Positions 46,101 through 58,566 of a DNA stretch of 64,000 nt are shown in pieces. The notes beneath the pieces are model-generated. The model was not told the origin of the DNA and searched no databases. It saw only the letters and a list, made by a program, of their open reading frames with translations. The DNA comes from Mobula hypostoma (lineage: Eukaryota): assembly GCF_963921235.1 (NCBI RefSeq), contig NC_086109.1, positions 19,160,001 through 19,224,000 of the forward strand. The letters run 5' to 3'. The number at the start of each line of letters is the position of its first letter. The first letter of the stretch is position 1. The translations under genes were made by a program, and so were the position numbers.

Positions 46101-47477
46101 TAATTAGGGCAACAGTATTAGTGTTAACAGATGGTGGAGATTGCCTTTGGATGCTTGATGGATATCAGAAGAGAAAAAGCAAAGAATCAAAGCCTGGAAT
46201 TTGTATTGTGTAGTGCCTGATTTCAAAAACTGTACAATGCAATTTTGACTTTCTCTAATTAGATTGTACAGCAGATCCTTTCCAGATGAAGTCACACTAG
46301 ACATAAAATTGGAACTGGCATTTTTACGTATATTCACTTTATTGTGCCTAATATGTTCCTGAGACTTATTTCGTTTGAACTTTAACTTGTTGTTAGCATC
46401 ACTATGAAATTTATTGAGGGTTTTCTTGCCATGAGACATACTTGTGTATCTGATGTAATTTCCTTGTACTGTGGGAGGATCAAGCCAAATTATCCCAGAA
46501 GAATCACAGTTGTATCCTTGAGACTGTTCCCTCTCAGCTGTGCAGGTGGACGGCCGCACAGTAACTGCAATGCTCCTGTGCACATAGGCACTATTGCCAC
46601 CCAGCTGGAGTTTTCTTTCATATAATATGAATGTTAAGATTTAAAGTGCCACACAGTTTTCAGGCTATGTAAACATTTCCTGCTCAGAGGAATGGTTGGT
46701 CCACACAGCTGTAAAAAATAAAAAAGAGGGAACATTGATTCTTGCTTCCAAAAGTAGTAACTTCAAAGAAATCAAACTTCAGAAGCAAGTCGTCCAACAC
46801 TCTAGCATATCACATCTTTAAGACATTTAACTGAGGACAAACTTTTGTAATATGTCCTTATTCTATTCTTCATTTCCCAGAATCAGAGTGTCTTTAGTTT
46901 TCTATTTACAGTGAGCCTTAGACTGAACACAGTCCCTGTCAGTGTGATCAGCTTACCAGATATATCATGTGTTACTGCGTGTGATTTTTCTGACACCGAA
47001 AGGCAGAAAGGTAGACAGACAATCTGTCAGGCTGTGGATTATGCTTTTAACTATCAGGCAGGTTTATCCCCCAACGAAGTGATAAATAAATGAGAAAAAG
47101 AAATCCAATGACAGATTTACAGTAGTTATTCAACTGTGAGTCAGCTTAGTGAGTTACACTCTCACCTTTAGGTCAGAAGTTTGTGGATTAATTATCTATT
47201 TTAGTGTCTTGAGCACATAATCCAGATTAACACCTCTGTGTTGTGCAAAATACAGTTTACGTGAAATTCAGTTGCATAACACCGTACTTTATACAGTATG
47301 ATGTAAATAAATGATAATTTTTCTTTTCATGGAGTGAAGCTTGATAGCAATTATCTCAAGGTAACTTTCATCACTCAGAACTTTCAGTCAGTCATTTCTG
47401 TGACTCAGTATCATGCACAAACAGAATGACATCATTCCCCAGTCTGCAGGGGTTCCCAGGTCACACTGTCCAATGGA

Positions 47478-47930
47478 ATTAGAATCAGAATGAGGTTTAA
47501 TATAAATGGCACACAGTGTCTCATGAAGTATGTTTTGTGGCAGCAGTACATTACAATACAAAATAAAAATAACTATATACTACAACAAGAAATATATATA
47601 ATACATTATAGTAAGTAAGTAGTGCAAAAATAGTGAGATTGTGTGGATGGGTTTATTTCCCATTCAGAAATCTCATGGTGGTGCTGAAGAAGCTGTTACT
47701 GAAACGTTGAGTGTGTGTGTCTTCAGGCTCCAGCACCTCTTCCGTCATGGTAATAATCAGAAGAGGGCATGGCCTGGGTGATGTGGGTCCTTAACGACAG
47801 ATGCCGCCTTCTTGAGCCATTACCTTTTGAAGATGTCCTTGATGTTGGGGAGGCTAGTGCCCGTGATGGAGCTGACTGAGTTTGCAACTTTCTGTAGCTT
47901 TTCTTAATCCTGTGCAATGGCCCCTCCATT
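47478..47930 (-). mobile_element. Rex1/Babar-type LINE 3' fragment
   Basis: Minus strand LPNIKDIFKR..KKAASVVKDPHHPGHALF, with a (GATTCT) tail at ~47480-47492. Confidence 0.75.
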
Positions 47931-47944
47931 CCAGATGTTGAGGC

Positions 47945-48290
47945 AGGCAGCATCTATGGAAAGGAATAAACAGGACTGATAAATCAGGCCAAGACCAATA
48001 CCTCACATTCTGTATCTGTAGCCTCCTACCTGATGCCATGGACACTGATTTCTCTGCCTTCTGGTAATTCCTCCCCCTCTGCCTTCCACTTTTCAGCTGG
48101 CTTCATCTATCACCTTCTAGCTTGTGCTCCTTCCTCTCTTCCCACCATCCTATTCTGGCTTTCCCCCCTTCCTTCCAGTCCTGTTTACTGTATTCATTTC
48201 CATAGATGCTGCCTGAACTGCTTAGTTCCTCCAGCATTTTGTTTATGTTAGTCTGGATTTCCAGAATCTGCAGAATCTCTTGTGTTTACC
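47945..48290 (+). mobile_element. 5'-truncated Penelope-like element with inverted 5' pLTR
   Basis: Inverted pLTR piece at 47945-47995, then the decayed end of the GIY-YIG ORF (LTF..SLLPDAMDTDFS), a C/T-rich UTR and a 3' pLTR ending GCAGAATCTCTTGTGTTT. Confidence 0.7.
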
Positions 48291-48653
48291 TCCCTTCAGT
48301 GATGTTCTCCTCTGATCCCCTAAAAGCACACTTTCCAAATGCTGCCAACTTCCTCACCCACCCCTAATCCACAGCCTTTTAATTCTCTGACCCTCAAATT
48401 TACTTCTTGCCAGGACTCTTTGATGTGCTGTTGGAGAATTTTTTCCACAGTAACCACTTGAAATCTTTTTATTTTCTTCATATGCCATCCTAACTAAATT
48501 CAAAGGTCTAAGTAAATTTATTATCAAAGTACATATACGACACCATAAACAACCCAGTGATTCACTCTCTTGTGGGTAATCACAGTAAATACAAGAAACA
48601 CAATAGAATAAATGAAAGACCACACCCAACAGGACAGATGTTATTAAAAACCC

Positions 48654-49290
48654 AAACATGAGGAAATCTGCAGATGCTGAAAATTCAAGCAACACACATC
48701 AAAGTTGCTGGTGAACGCAGCAGGCCAGGCAGCATCTCTAGGAAGAGGTACAGTCGACGTTTCAGGCCAAGACCCTTCGTCAGCACTAACTGAAAGAAGA
48801 GCTAGTAAGAGATTTGAAAGTTGGAGGGGGAGGGATGGAGCCCAGAGCTGGACAGGTGATTGGCAAAAGGGATATGAGAGGATCATGGGACAGGAGGCCC
48901 AGGGAGAAGGAAAAGGGGGAGGGGGGGGAAACCCAGAGGATGGGCAAGGGGTATAGTCAGAGGGACAGAGGGAGAAAAAGGAGAGACAGAAAAAGAATGT
49001 GTGTATATAAATAAATAACGGATGGGGAACGAGGGGGAGGTGGGGCATTAGCGGAAGTTTGAGAAGTCAATGTTCATGCCATCAGGTTGGAGGCTACCCA
49101 GACGGAATATAAGGTGTTGTTCCTCCAACCTGAGTGTGGCTTCATCTTTACAGTAGAGGAGGCCGTGGATAGACATATCAGAATGGGAGTGGGGCGTGGA
49201 ATTAAAATGTGTGCCCACTGGGAGATCCTGCTTTCTCTGGTGGACAGAGCGTAGGTGTCCAGCGAAACGATCTCCCAGTCTGTGTCGGGG
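48654..49290 (-). mobile_element. Penelope-like element, 5'-truncated: GIY-YIG C-terminus, 3' UTR and pLTR
   Basis: 49290->49048 reads RHRLGDRFAGHLRSVHQRKQDLPVGTHFNSTPHSHSDMSIHGLLYCKDEATLRLEEQHLIFRLGSLQPDGMNIDFSNFR*. Flanking direct repeat CAGATGTTAT at 48635-48644 and 49291-49300. Confidence 0.9.
48751..48788 (-). ncRNA. Minimal type I hammerhead ribozyme motif in the PLE pLTR
   Basis: UAGUG-CUGACGA-AGGGUCUUGGCCU-GAAA-CG-UC^GACUG: intact catalytic boxes, short stem II, palindromic ACGU in place of stem III. Predicted cut between 48756 and 48755. The stem I closing pair is mismatched in this copy. Confidence 0.7.
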
Positions 49291-49679
49291 CAGATGTTAT
49301 GTTTTGTAACTCCAATACATAAAAATAATCAAAATAAAAACAGAAGAGTCCAGAATGCATGTACATTAGTTTCATTTTTACTTAAGGAGAGGTGATGTGA
49401 TGACAGGGTGATGAGGCATGCCATGTATGTACTTCTACATATAACCTGTAATTAATGATTTAAATAATGAAGTATGCTTAATCAAACAATATATTTACAA
49501 TATTACTTGACTATTACTGAAATATTAAATACACAACACTCATCCCGGCTTAGCTATAAAGTCCAACTCAATAGAAAATGCATCTCAATTTATATACGTA
49601 TACATGCACACATAATAGCTCTATATATATATATATACACAGTATGTGTATGTGTGTGTGTGTATATATACAGTATGCC

Positions 49680-49893
49680 TTGCCTTGTGCCCTTAACTCC
49701 TTGTGGAGTCGTCGGGGTGCCACCATGACAGGCTTTGCACCAATCTGTTCCATCTGCTGCAGTTGTGTGCCAGAGTCTGGGTCACCACAAGTGTTTTCCC
49801 TGTCCATTGTTTAATGTTGTCCGTCCATCTTTTCCCCTGCCTACCTCTCCTTCTTTTCCCCTCCACGATTCCTTGTAGAACCATCTTTGCAAG
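49680..49893 (-). mobile_element. RTE (BovB-like) LINE 3' fragment flanked by TA/TG microsatellites
   Basis: LAKMVLQGIVEGKRRRGRQGKRWTDNIKQW is the canonical RTE ORF C-terminus. Confidence 0.85.
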
Positions 49894-50360
49894 ATATATA
49901 TATATATTATGTCTTATTCCATTCATTTTCAGGAATAACTGAAACCATTCTTCAACAAACTGCAGTCCATTGTCACTGATTAAGTGTCCTGGAACACCAG
50001 TCCTTGCAAGGGGGCTTCTCAACATATCAACAGTGTGCGAGGCTGCAGTGGATGCTTTTGGGAACATTTCTAGCTACTTTGTTAACACTACCAGGAAATT
50101 TGTGCACACAAATGATCTGGCAAAATCCACATGAATCCTCTGCCAGGGCAGTGCAGAATATTCCCAGGGATGAAGAAGTGCTGCTCTTGGCAACTTCTGG
50201 ATATGTTACCATCTCAAACAGTGAATGGCGAGCTGATTGATCTGCTGATTTATCACAAGTACCTACCGCACATTCCATCCATTTTGGGTTGTCATGTAGA
50301 CCTGAGACAGTGTGGACTCTTTTGGGTTTCCCTTTGGATCATCTCTGCCGATAATAGGGA

Positions 50361-50500
50361 AATCGCAAACGAGAGAAAATCTGCGGATGTTGGAAATCAA
50401 AGCAACAGGTTCAAAATACCAGGGGAACAGATGCAGGGCAAGCAGCATCTATAGAAAAGAGTAAACATTTGACATTTTGGTCTGAGTCCCTTCATCAGGT
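50361..50500 (-). mobile_element. Solo Penelope-like pLTR inserted in Gypsy with 9-bp TSD
   Basis: TAATAGGGA at 50352-50360 and 50501-50509. The element begins on minus at CCTGATGAAGGGACTCAGACC. Confidence 0.75.
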
Positions 50501-52911
50501 TAATAGGGAGATGTTTGATTTGCGTTGGGGAGAATATGTCAAGAGGAGTGTCTTCTTTTGAAAAATTTTCAGGTATTTCCTTTTCTGAAGATAAGCAGGA
50601 CCATCCATCAGCATTTCCATGATTAATCATCCTCTTGAGTTCAATCTTAAAGTTATGTCCTCCTAAGAAACAGAGCCCATCTCTGCATTTATGCTGCTGC
50701 TGTTAGTACCATTCTATCGACTGAAAATTGATACTAGTGGTTGATGATCAGAAATGAGGACGAAGTCTCTCACATACAGGTACTGGTTGAAACTTTTTAC
50801 CCCCCAAACCAGACTCAAGGCCTCTCTGTCAATCTATGTCTAATGTTTTCCTAGAGCGGTATGGGAACGTGACGTGGAAACTGTGGGGCGTTCACTTCCA
50901 TCGCTCAAGGCATGTGACGTGACTGCACCTATAAGACAAGGCATCACAGGCACAAGCTTCACTGAAAGACGTGGATCACAATGTGTGAGCACAGTATCTG
51001 GCGCCACCATTTCCTTTACCTTATGGAATGCTACCTCACACTGCTTTGTCCATTGGCATTTCTTCCAATCTGTAGTATTGAGTTCAAAGGATGGAGCACA
51101 GTAGCCAGATTTGGCAGGAATCTGTTACAGTAGTTGACAAATCTTAAAAAGAATGTGAACTGTGACACATCCTTTGCCTCTTGGGGCATCCATCACTGCT
51201 TGGTTGGGATTTTCTCAGCACACTTGTGTAAATACCAGTTTGACCAGAGTAAATGATGCTTGGTTTAAAGAATTCACACTTGTGAATCATGCTCTGAGCC
51301 TGCAATTTTTTAATCTTTTTAACACTGCCCTGAGATTTTGCAGCTATTCCTTGCCATCCTTACTGGTGACGAGGATGTTGTTCAGGTGCTTGAGTGCCTG
51401 GGTTGCCTTACTGCACCTAGTCCATTGCTTTCTATCAGAGTGTAGGTGGGGAAGCTACTCAAAAATAAGCCTATTGTAGATGTAATGCCCCTTATGAGTG
51501 TTGATGGTGAGAAACACTTTGGACTCTTCTTTCATCTCAATCTGTAGGTAGGCCTCAGCTAAATCCACTTTGGTGAATGCTTCATCCAGAAAGGGCAGAG
51601 TGCATTGATCTACTTTCAGTACTGGGTTGATGGTACCTTAAAATCACCACAGATACTAATGGAACCATCCTTCTTGGCTACTGGCCTTACCCATGGGATC
51701 CACTCAGACTTGGAAAGAATTCTCTCAGCCACCATGCAATCTCACTCACTGGCTAGTTTATCAGAGATGCTATATGGAACCGGACAAGCTTTGTAAAATT
51801 TCGGTGAAGAAATTTCATTTCACAATATTTTACCTTTGATATGCTTGAGTTTTCCAGTGCTTTTCTTGAACACTACAGTGGCATCATCTAGTACCTTTCT
51901 TAATTTGCTTTCATTTGACCCTATTACAGGGGATGTGGCATGCAATTGGTGGATGGATCGCCAATGAAGTTGTAGTTGTCTCAGGCACTCACCACTCAAA
52001 ATGCTGGCACTCCTGATTTTACCACATGCAAGCCCAATGTGGCTTGTTGGTTATTGTATTTCTCAGTTACGAATGCCATTCCCACAGGAGTTATCTTTTC
52101 ACTAGTATAAGTTCTTACTTGGAAATCTGTAGGCTTCAGTTCATTATCTTTGAAATGCCATACAAACTCATTTTGTAGAATGACTGAAACAGCCAAGCCA
52201 GTATACAAATCTGCTTCAATTAATTTGCCATTCACTTCTGAAGTAAGCCATATTGCTTGTCTCTTGTTAATTTTCACATTGTAAATCTAAGGTCTACTCA
52301 GTCCTGAGTCACTGTCATCATTATCAGGTTTTTCATCAACAGCACACAGCTTAGTGTTCTGTTTGAAACTGCAGCTTGACTTTTTTATCCCCATCTCTTC
52401 CCTATGCAGACCATTTATATTGGTTCGGCCAACATACTTCTTATGTCTGTCCTACTTTGTTGCATTTTCTGCAAGTTTCACCTTTAAATCTGTGTTTGTC
52501 TGGTGTATGTGAGCCCCTGCCACAATTTTCTCAGCCAGGTCAGTTTCTGTTTAGACGTTGCAATTTTGTTCACACTCACTTTCAGTCCTGACTGCTGTTT
52601 CCATTGATACAGTTATTTCAACTGCTCTTTTAAATGCAAGTCGTGCCTCAATTAGGAGCCATTGCTGAATGTTTTCGTGTAAGATTCCACAACTGAATGA
52701 TCTCTCAGCTCATCGTTATGCCCATTATCAAACTGACAATGTTCTGACAACGTATGCTGAAATGGGTTTCTCTTCCTTTCGATTCCATTTATGAAACCTC
52801 CAACATTCAAAATGCTGGAGGAACACAGCAGGGCAGGTATTCTGAAATCAACAATGCTTTCAGTTCTACTCTAAATGTTCCTCATTAGGATCTAGTCCTT
52901 GCCAGTGTATA

Positions 52912-53090
52912 CGAGGAATAGATTCTTCTCGGGCTTCCAGCCAGGTATAGGTATCAATGCTTTGATGACAAACTCTGCCATCTTCATCAGGGATAATGCC
53001 TGGGCATGTCTAGTCCGGTGGTATTTATATGACTGACGGACAGTAGAGGTATAATTACCTGCCTAATGGAGTATACCTGATTTCGGCACC
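52912..53090 (-). mobile_element. Terminus of a second Penelope-like family with a distinct hammerhead
   Basis: Minus strand CCCTGATGAA-GATGGCA-GAGTT-TGTCATC-AAAG: CUGAUGA box, 7-bp stem II, damaged GAAA box. Followed by CTGGCTGGAAGCCCGAGAAGA. Confidence 0.5.
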
Positions 53091-53093
53091 CAA

Positions 53094-53493
53094 TTGCCCA
53101 CCATTGAGAACATCTACCATAAACGCTGCCTGGGCAGGGCGAAAAGTATTATCAGGGATGCATCTCACCCTAACCATGGACTTTTTACTCTCCTCCCATC
53201 TAGTAGGCACTACAGGAGCCTCCGCTCCCACACCAGCAGGCACAGTAAGAGCTTCTTCCCTGAGGCTGTGACACTGCCGAACCTCTCATCACAGCGCTAA
53301 GCAATATTGCATCCGTATTGTACTGTCTCAGTACTTTTATATTTGTGTGTGTAGCACTTTCTTTATTCGCAGTTATTTTGTAAACAACACTATTCTTTGC
53401 ACTTCTGGTCAGATGCTAAATGCATTTCGTTGGCTTTGTATCTGTACTCAGCAAAATGACAATAAAGTTGAATCTAATCTGATCTAATCTAAT
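53094..53493 (+). mobile_element. Rex1/Babar-type LINE 3' fragment
   Basis: PTIENIYHKRCLGRAKSIIRDASHPNHGLFTLLPSSRHYRSL..SFFPEAVTL, then AATAAAG and a (AATCT)n tail. Confidence 0.85.
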
Positions 53494-55023
53494 AAACAGG
53501 ATAATTCGAGGAAGAAAGTTTGAAAAAAGCTAAGGAAATACTAAGGACATATAAGGTTCAGGCAAAATATGATCAGCCTAACAAAAACACTGTGGAGTTT
53601 ATAGATACACTAAAACAAAAGCTTGGTGCATACAAACCCAGACTAGACAGATACATGAAATACACCAGACAAAAGAAAACAGAATTATCAGTTCAGAAAC
53701 AATGAAAAATATTTATATAGGGCATTCAAATTAAATTTGACACACCAAAATGTTACCAAACCCAACGTAGATTTACCAACAAGCACAGAGATAATAAACT
53801 TTTGGTCTATTATCTTGTCAAACAGGGTGACGCACAATCAGGAAGCAAGCTGGTTTAGGAAAGAAAAAGAACGCAAAGACACAATAGAAGAAATGCAAAT
53901 ACCTGGAGTTACAATGGATATGCTGAACAAGGTTATAAAAAAATACCCACAACTATATAAGTATTGGAAGTGATAATATTCATAATTATTGGTACAAAAA
54001 ATTTACTTGCCTTCATCCCTTCCTATTAATGCATATTAGCAACTTTCTTAAAAATACAGAAAATCCTGAAAATATGCCTGAATATTTAACAGAAGTTAAA
54101 ACATATCTTTTACCTGAAGGGAAAATTACAAATGATCCATCAAAATATCATCCTCTTTCTTGTTTACAAATTATATATAAAATTGTAATATCATGTATCT
54201 TGCAACTAATTACCACTCACTAAGATAACCACAATATTCTTACAGAAAAGCAGAAAGGATGCTGGAAGGTTATGAAAGGATGTAACGAACAATTGATAGT
54301 GGATTCCATAATTTTAAATCTAGCCCTTAATTCTAAATATTTCATGTTGCTATATTGATTACTAAAAGGTATTCGACTCTGTCCCACACTTATGGTTAAT
54401 ATAAGTTCTTACTATATATTAACTATACCCAATACCTGTGGAATTCCTGCAACATCTGATGAAGCATTGGCGTACTATAATCACCCTATCTACTAAAAGC
54501 AGAAAAGAACAACCACCGTTATCAAAATAAACCGAGGCTTTTTCCAAGATGACTCTGTAAGTCCACCTTTCGTTCTGTCTAGCTTTAAACCTGTTAATTT
54601 ACTGAATCGGAAGATAACTGGGTATCAAATCTGATACAACGAAATGAGCTATACCTTAATACACCTTTCATACATGGATAATTTGAAATTATATGCTCCT
54701 TCATCAGTTTAGTTAAAGCAATTAATTCAAATAGTAGAACTATTTTCGAAAGATGTAAGTATGAACTTTGGATTGGATAAGTGCAGAACATTAAACATAA
54801 AGAAAGGTGCAATAGAGCTAATAGAATACAAAACAGGGCAGCAGGATACAATGCAACTGATCGATGAATATGAAACATATAAGTATCTGGGATATCAACA
54901 AGGAAAGAAAATAGATCATAGTGTGATAAAGAAAAAGCTTTTGACAGAACCTACTTCAAGGCTTAAGAAAATCTGCCAGAACTTAAAGTTACTTTGAACT
55001 TTGAACTTTGGCCTTTGAACAGT

Positions 55024-55605
55024 TGTTGTTGTTGTTTGCCCATCGTTGACGTCGATGAGGACCTCGACACCATAATGATGGTGTCGAGACTAGCACATGA
55101 TTTGGATTTAAGTGAGGGAGAGTTGCGCAGCGTCAGCCTCACTCTCTCTTCCCAATTCCCATCTGGATCCAGTGGCAAGACAGAGTCTAGACGGCTGGAG
55201 ATGGGAGTAGGCGCAGTGGATGACCAGGACATCTTCTGTGTCTTGTCTTGCTCTACACATTACACGACGCTTGCAGAGACCGCCTTCTTGACCGTTGGAC
55301 CTTCCATTGGTCTCGTCCGCTCAATCCGCCGGAGTCTGTCTTCACATGCTGGGATAGACAACTCCCTATCTCACCAAGGGTTTGAGACCCGTCGGCTACC
55401 CTCACCTGGTTTAGCAGGTTTGTCGAAGCCGTTGCCCGGGGTGTGGCCGCTGTCGCATGCAAACAGCTACGGGGAGCCACGGGTGAGAGCTGAGTGCCAG
55501 GTGGGGACCAAAGGTGGACTAACCGCCCTGAAAAGGACGCGACATGTTCCCCCACCAGAGGTGCTACCCCTCCCTGACACCCCATATACCCATACACCCC
55601 ATATA
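55024..55605 (-). mobile_element. RTE-type non-autonomous element with 12-bp TSD, nested in R4 copy 1
   Basis: TSD CCTTTGAACAGT at 55012-55023 and 55606-55617. (CAA)n tail, subterminal hairpin CTCGACACCAT-AATG-ATGGTGTCGAG, 5' GGGGTGTCAGGGAGGGGTAGCACC. Confidence 0.75.
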
Positions 55606-56379
55606 CCTTTGAACAGTAAAAATATAACAAAGGAAATAAACACTTTTGCTGTATCCTTATTAATGTAATATTTTCTCATAATATCTTGGTCTGAAACTAA
55701 TCTGGACAATTTACAAAGAAAATTAAGAAATGAAATGACAAATTTCAGAAACCATTATGCACATTTGAATGTGTTTAGATTAACACTACCCAGACAGAAG
55801 GAGGAAGAGGAATAACAGGCATTAAAAATCTTCACAATAGTCAGAAAAAAACTTCCAAGGATATACTTTGATCAATAAAAACCAGAATCAGCATTCTACA
55901 CAAGCATATGAAATTCTGATAAGAAGTATTCACGACTAAAGTTAAATGAGTGCACAACTCAGAAAAATGAAGAAATTATCACAATTGAAGAAAAAGTTAA
56001 CCAATGAAAGATCATGACCCTCCATGGAAGACATCTCCATGATCTGAGCAGACGAGCTATTGACAAGGGAGTGTCAAATACCTGGCTCAGACTTGGAGAC
56101 CTCTTCCCAGAAGCAGAATGGTTCCTTGTGGGAATACAGGACCAGATTTGTTAACACAAAAAAAAAATCAAAAATACATAATAAAGGACCAATAAGTTCA
56201 AGATGGTAAATGTAGAAAATGATGAGAAAAACTAGCAATAGTCCATCATTTTACAGGATTCTGCAATAGTTTAACTCAATCTGATTACTCACACAGGCAC
56301 AGTCAGGTGGCAAACATCATTTATCAAAATCTTGCTTTAAAATACAAACTCAGAAATGAGAGCACCACTTACCATAAAT

Positions 56380-56962
56380 TAGATTAGTTTATTAGATTAT
56401 GAAGACACACAGTCTTCTTCTATTGTCATTTAGTAATGCATGCATTAAGAAATGATGCAATATTCCTCCAGTGTGATATCACAGAAACTCAGGACAGACC
56501 AAGACTGAAAAACTAACAAAATACACGTAATTATAACATATAGTTACAACAGTTCAACAATACTGTAACTTGATGAAGAATAGGCCATGGGCACAGTAAA
56601 AAAGTTCAAGTCTCTTGAAAGTCCCACATCTCACGCAGACGGGAGAAGGAAGAAAACTCTCCCTGCCATGCCCGACCACAGACCGACTCTGAGTCGTCCG
56701 AAAACTTCGAGCCTCCGATCAGCCCTCCGACACCGAGTACCGAGCGCCATCTCTGCCGAACACTTCGACCCCAGCCTCGGTCGCCAGCAGCAGGCAAAGC
56801 CGGGGATGTTGGGGCCTTCCCTCCGGAGATTCTCGATCGCACAGTAGCAACGGCAGCGAACCGGGCATTTCAGAAGTTTTCTCCAGATGTTCCTCTGTGC
56901 TTCTCACGTCTGTCTCCATCAAATCAGAATTGTGCACAACATCCTACTTACAAATACGATAT
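56380..56962 (-). mobile_element. Family C bipartite element (second copy), nested in R4 copy 1
   Basis: Collinear with 17645-18280 (ATGCATGCATTAA..GATATCAC; GACTCTGAGTC; GGGCATTTCAGAAGTTT). Confidence 0.75.
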
Positions 56963-58566
56963 CTTGGATGCAAGCTTGATCCAGTTTTAGAGTTGGAATC
57001 CCACAAATTATATTAAGACCAATGCATAATTACAGATAGGACAATCCATAATAACCAACCAGGTATAATAACACAGGATAAACAAGCAAGAACAACTTAT
57101 TTAATAGATATAGCTATTCCAAGCACACATAACTTACAGAAATCAATGTGAAAAATACCAGAAATGTGCTGAATTCAAAGAGGAAATTGAAAGACTTTGG
57201 AATGTGAACAGGGTATACATTGTCCCAATAGTAAAATCTATAACTGTTATTATCCCAACAGCACTACACCATAGCATTAAACAATTAGGACTACACAGTA
57301 ATATCTATGTAAATCTTCAGAAAGCCACAATACTGAACATCCACCACTAGAATAGTCCTAACGTTCCTAGCAATTGATAAATGAGCACGCTTGGCTAAGC
57401 CCGAACCTCAGCTTTTACCAGCTTGAGCTGAGAAAAGAAGTAATAATTATCACCTGTGAGGTGTTTTCAGTTCCCCATCGGGCACCTCTCCAGGTGGTGG
57501 ATTGGGGAAAGCTCTGCGGACATGCAGGCCAGGTGGGACATAAAATACTAACCTCAGACCAAAATAGAAACATATTCAGGCACACCTGTACCCAGATTGG
57601 GAGGAACTCAGGCTGTAGGTATAAAAAGCAATACCCTTTTGCTTTAGAAATGGAGAGGTGTCTACGGAATAGAGTGATGTGGCTGCTGCCCGAGGAGCTA
57701 GAATTGGCAAGACAGGAAGCAAACTGCCAGTGGTGTACTGCTGAATATGTGGGCAGCCACCAAGAAACTTGAAAAGAGATCTAGCCAGCTTTCAAAGTAG
57801 CTCATCAACACCAGACTCTGCAATTGCTGCAGATGTTTCTCAGGGGAGATGTCCACTAACAACTGAGACCACTCAAGCAGTTAAGGGAGAAAAAAAAACA
57901 TGCACAAAATAGCAGCAATCACATTCATAATTCATGAAAATTATGAGGTAATGGAATATGAGAGTGACATGACAGTATACAGAGATAAACCTTAACAAAA
58001 GTTTACAGCACAATATCCCTTCATGCAAGTAAATGCACAGCAAATATCAGATAAATGTAGAGTAAAAATTTTAAAAATAACTTAATCCCTATAGACATGT
58101 AAATCAAATGTTTACATGAAGTTGCACAAGAGCTAGAAAGAAACCAATAATCACAACACTACCAAACAAGAAAATAATGAAGATGCCACTCCACCGCTTC
58201 CCCTCACAAAGCGCGGATGAAATCAGAGTTATTTCAGCAACTGCTCCACAACCTGATGGTAGTAGGAACAACACAGATGTAGTGGCTCCACAGAATGATA
58301 ATGATGAAGCCCAGCTTACAGACAGAATTATCCCAACATTTAACATTAACATCACTCTAACAGAATACATGGGCAATCATTCTAACAGAATAGGTGGGCA
58401 CTGACCCAACATACCAAAACAAAACATGCCATCAAAATTTGAAAACGTTGTTAATACTCTCAACAGTATTTAGGAAAACCTGAAACACTTGAGGAACTAC
58501 ACACAATAACGTACTGTGCAACATTAATGGCAGTGCAGTACAATAGCTGCAAAATAGAGACCCTAA

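Larger units (their letters stand above)
49295..52890 (-). mobile_element. Second decayed Gypsy LTR retrotransposon with 3' LTR
   Basis: LTR-like TG...CA block at 49295-49537 next to a PPT-like CTCATCCC. Integrase (HLISDNGLQF; LKMNGIRH), RNase H, RT (FTKVDLAEAYLQ; LNNILVT), protease (ADLYTGLAVSVI) and gag remnants in Gypsy order. Sequence differs from the 21.5-25.3 kb family. Confidence 0.85.
53495..57450 (+). mobile_element. R4/Dong-type RLE non-LTR retrotransposon, copy 1 (5'-truncated, decayed)
   Basis: DNIHNYWYKK, KTYLLPEG..DPSKYHPLSCLQIIYK, EKQKGC, FDSVPH, RGFFQDDSVSP, HLSYMDNLKLY, MNFGLDKC, YKYLG, CCHC-like CRK..HHFTGFC, HRHSQVA, restriction-like DRTIHNNQP..LIDIAIP, LQKATILN. Ends in TAATAATTAT at 57441-57450. 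Confidence 0.88.

Noticed and set aside
54994..55668. 224-aa ORF (also 62069-62665 and 17696-18265)
   Set aside because: These lie within GC-rich non-coding repeats, cross element boundaries and have no recognisable domain.
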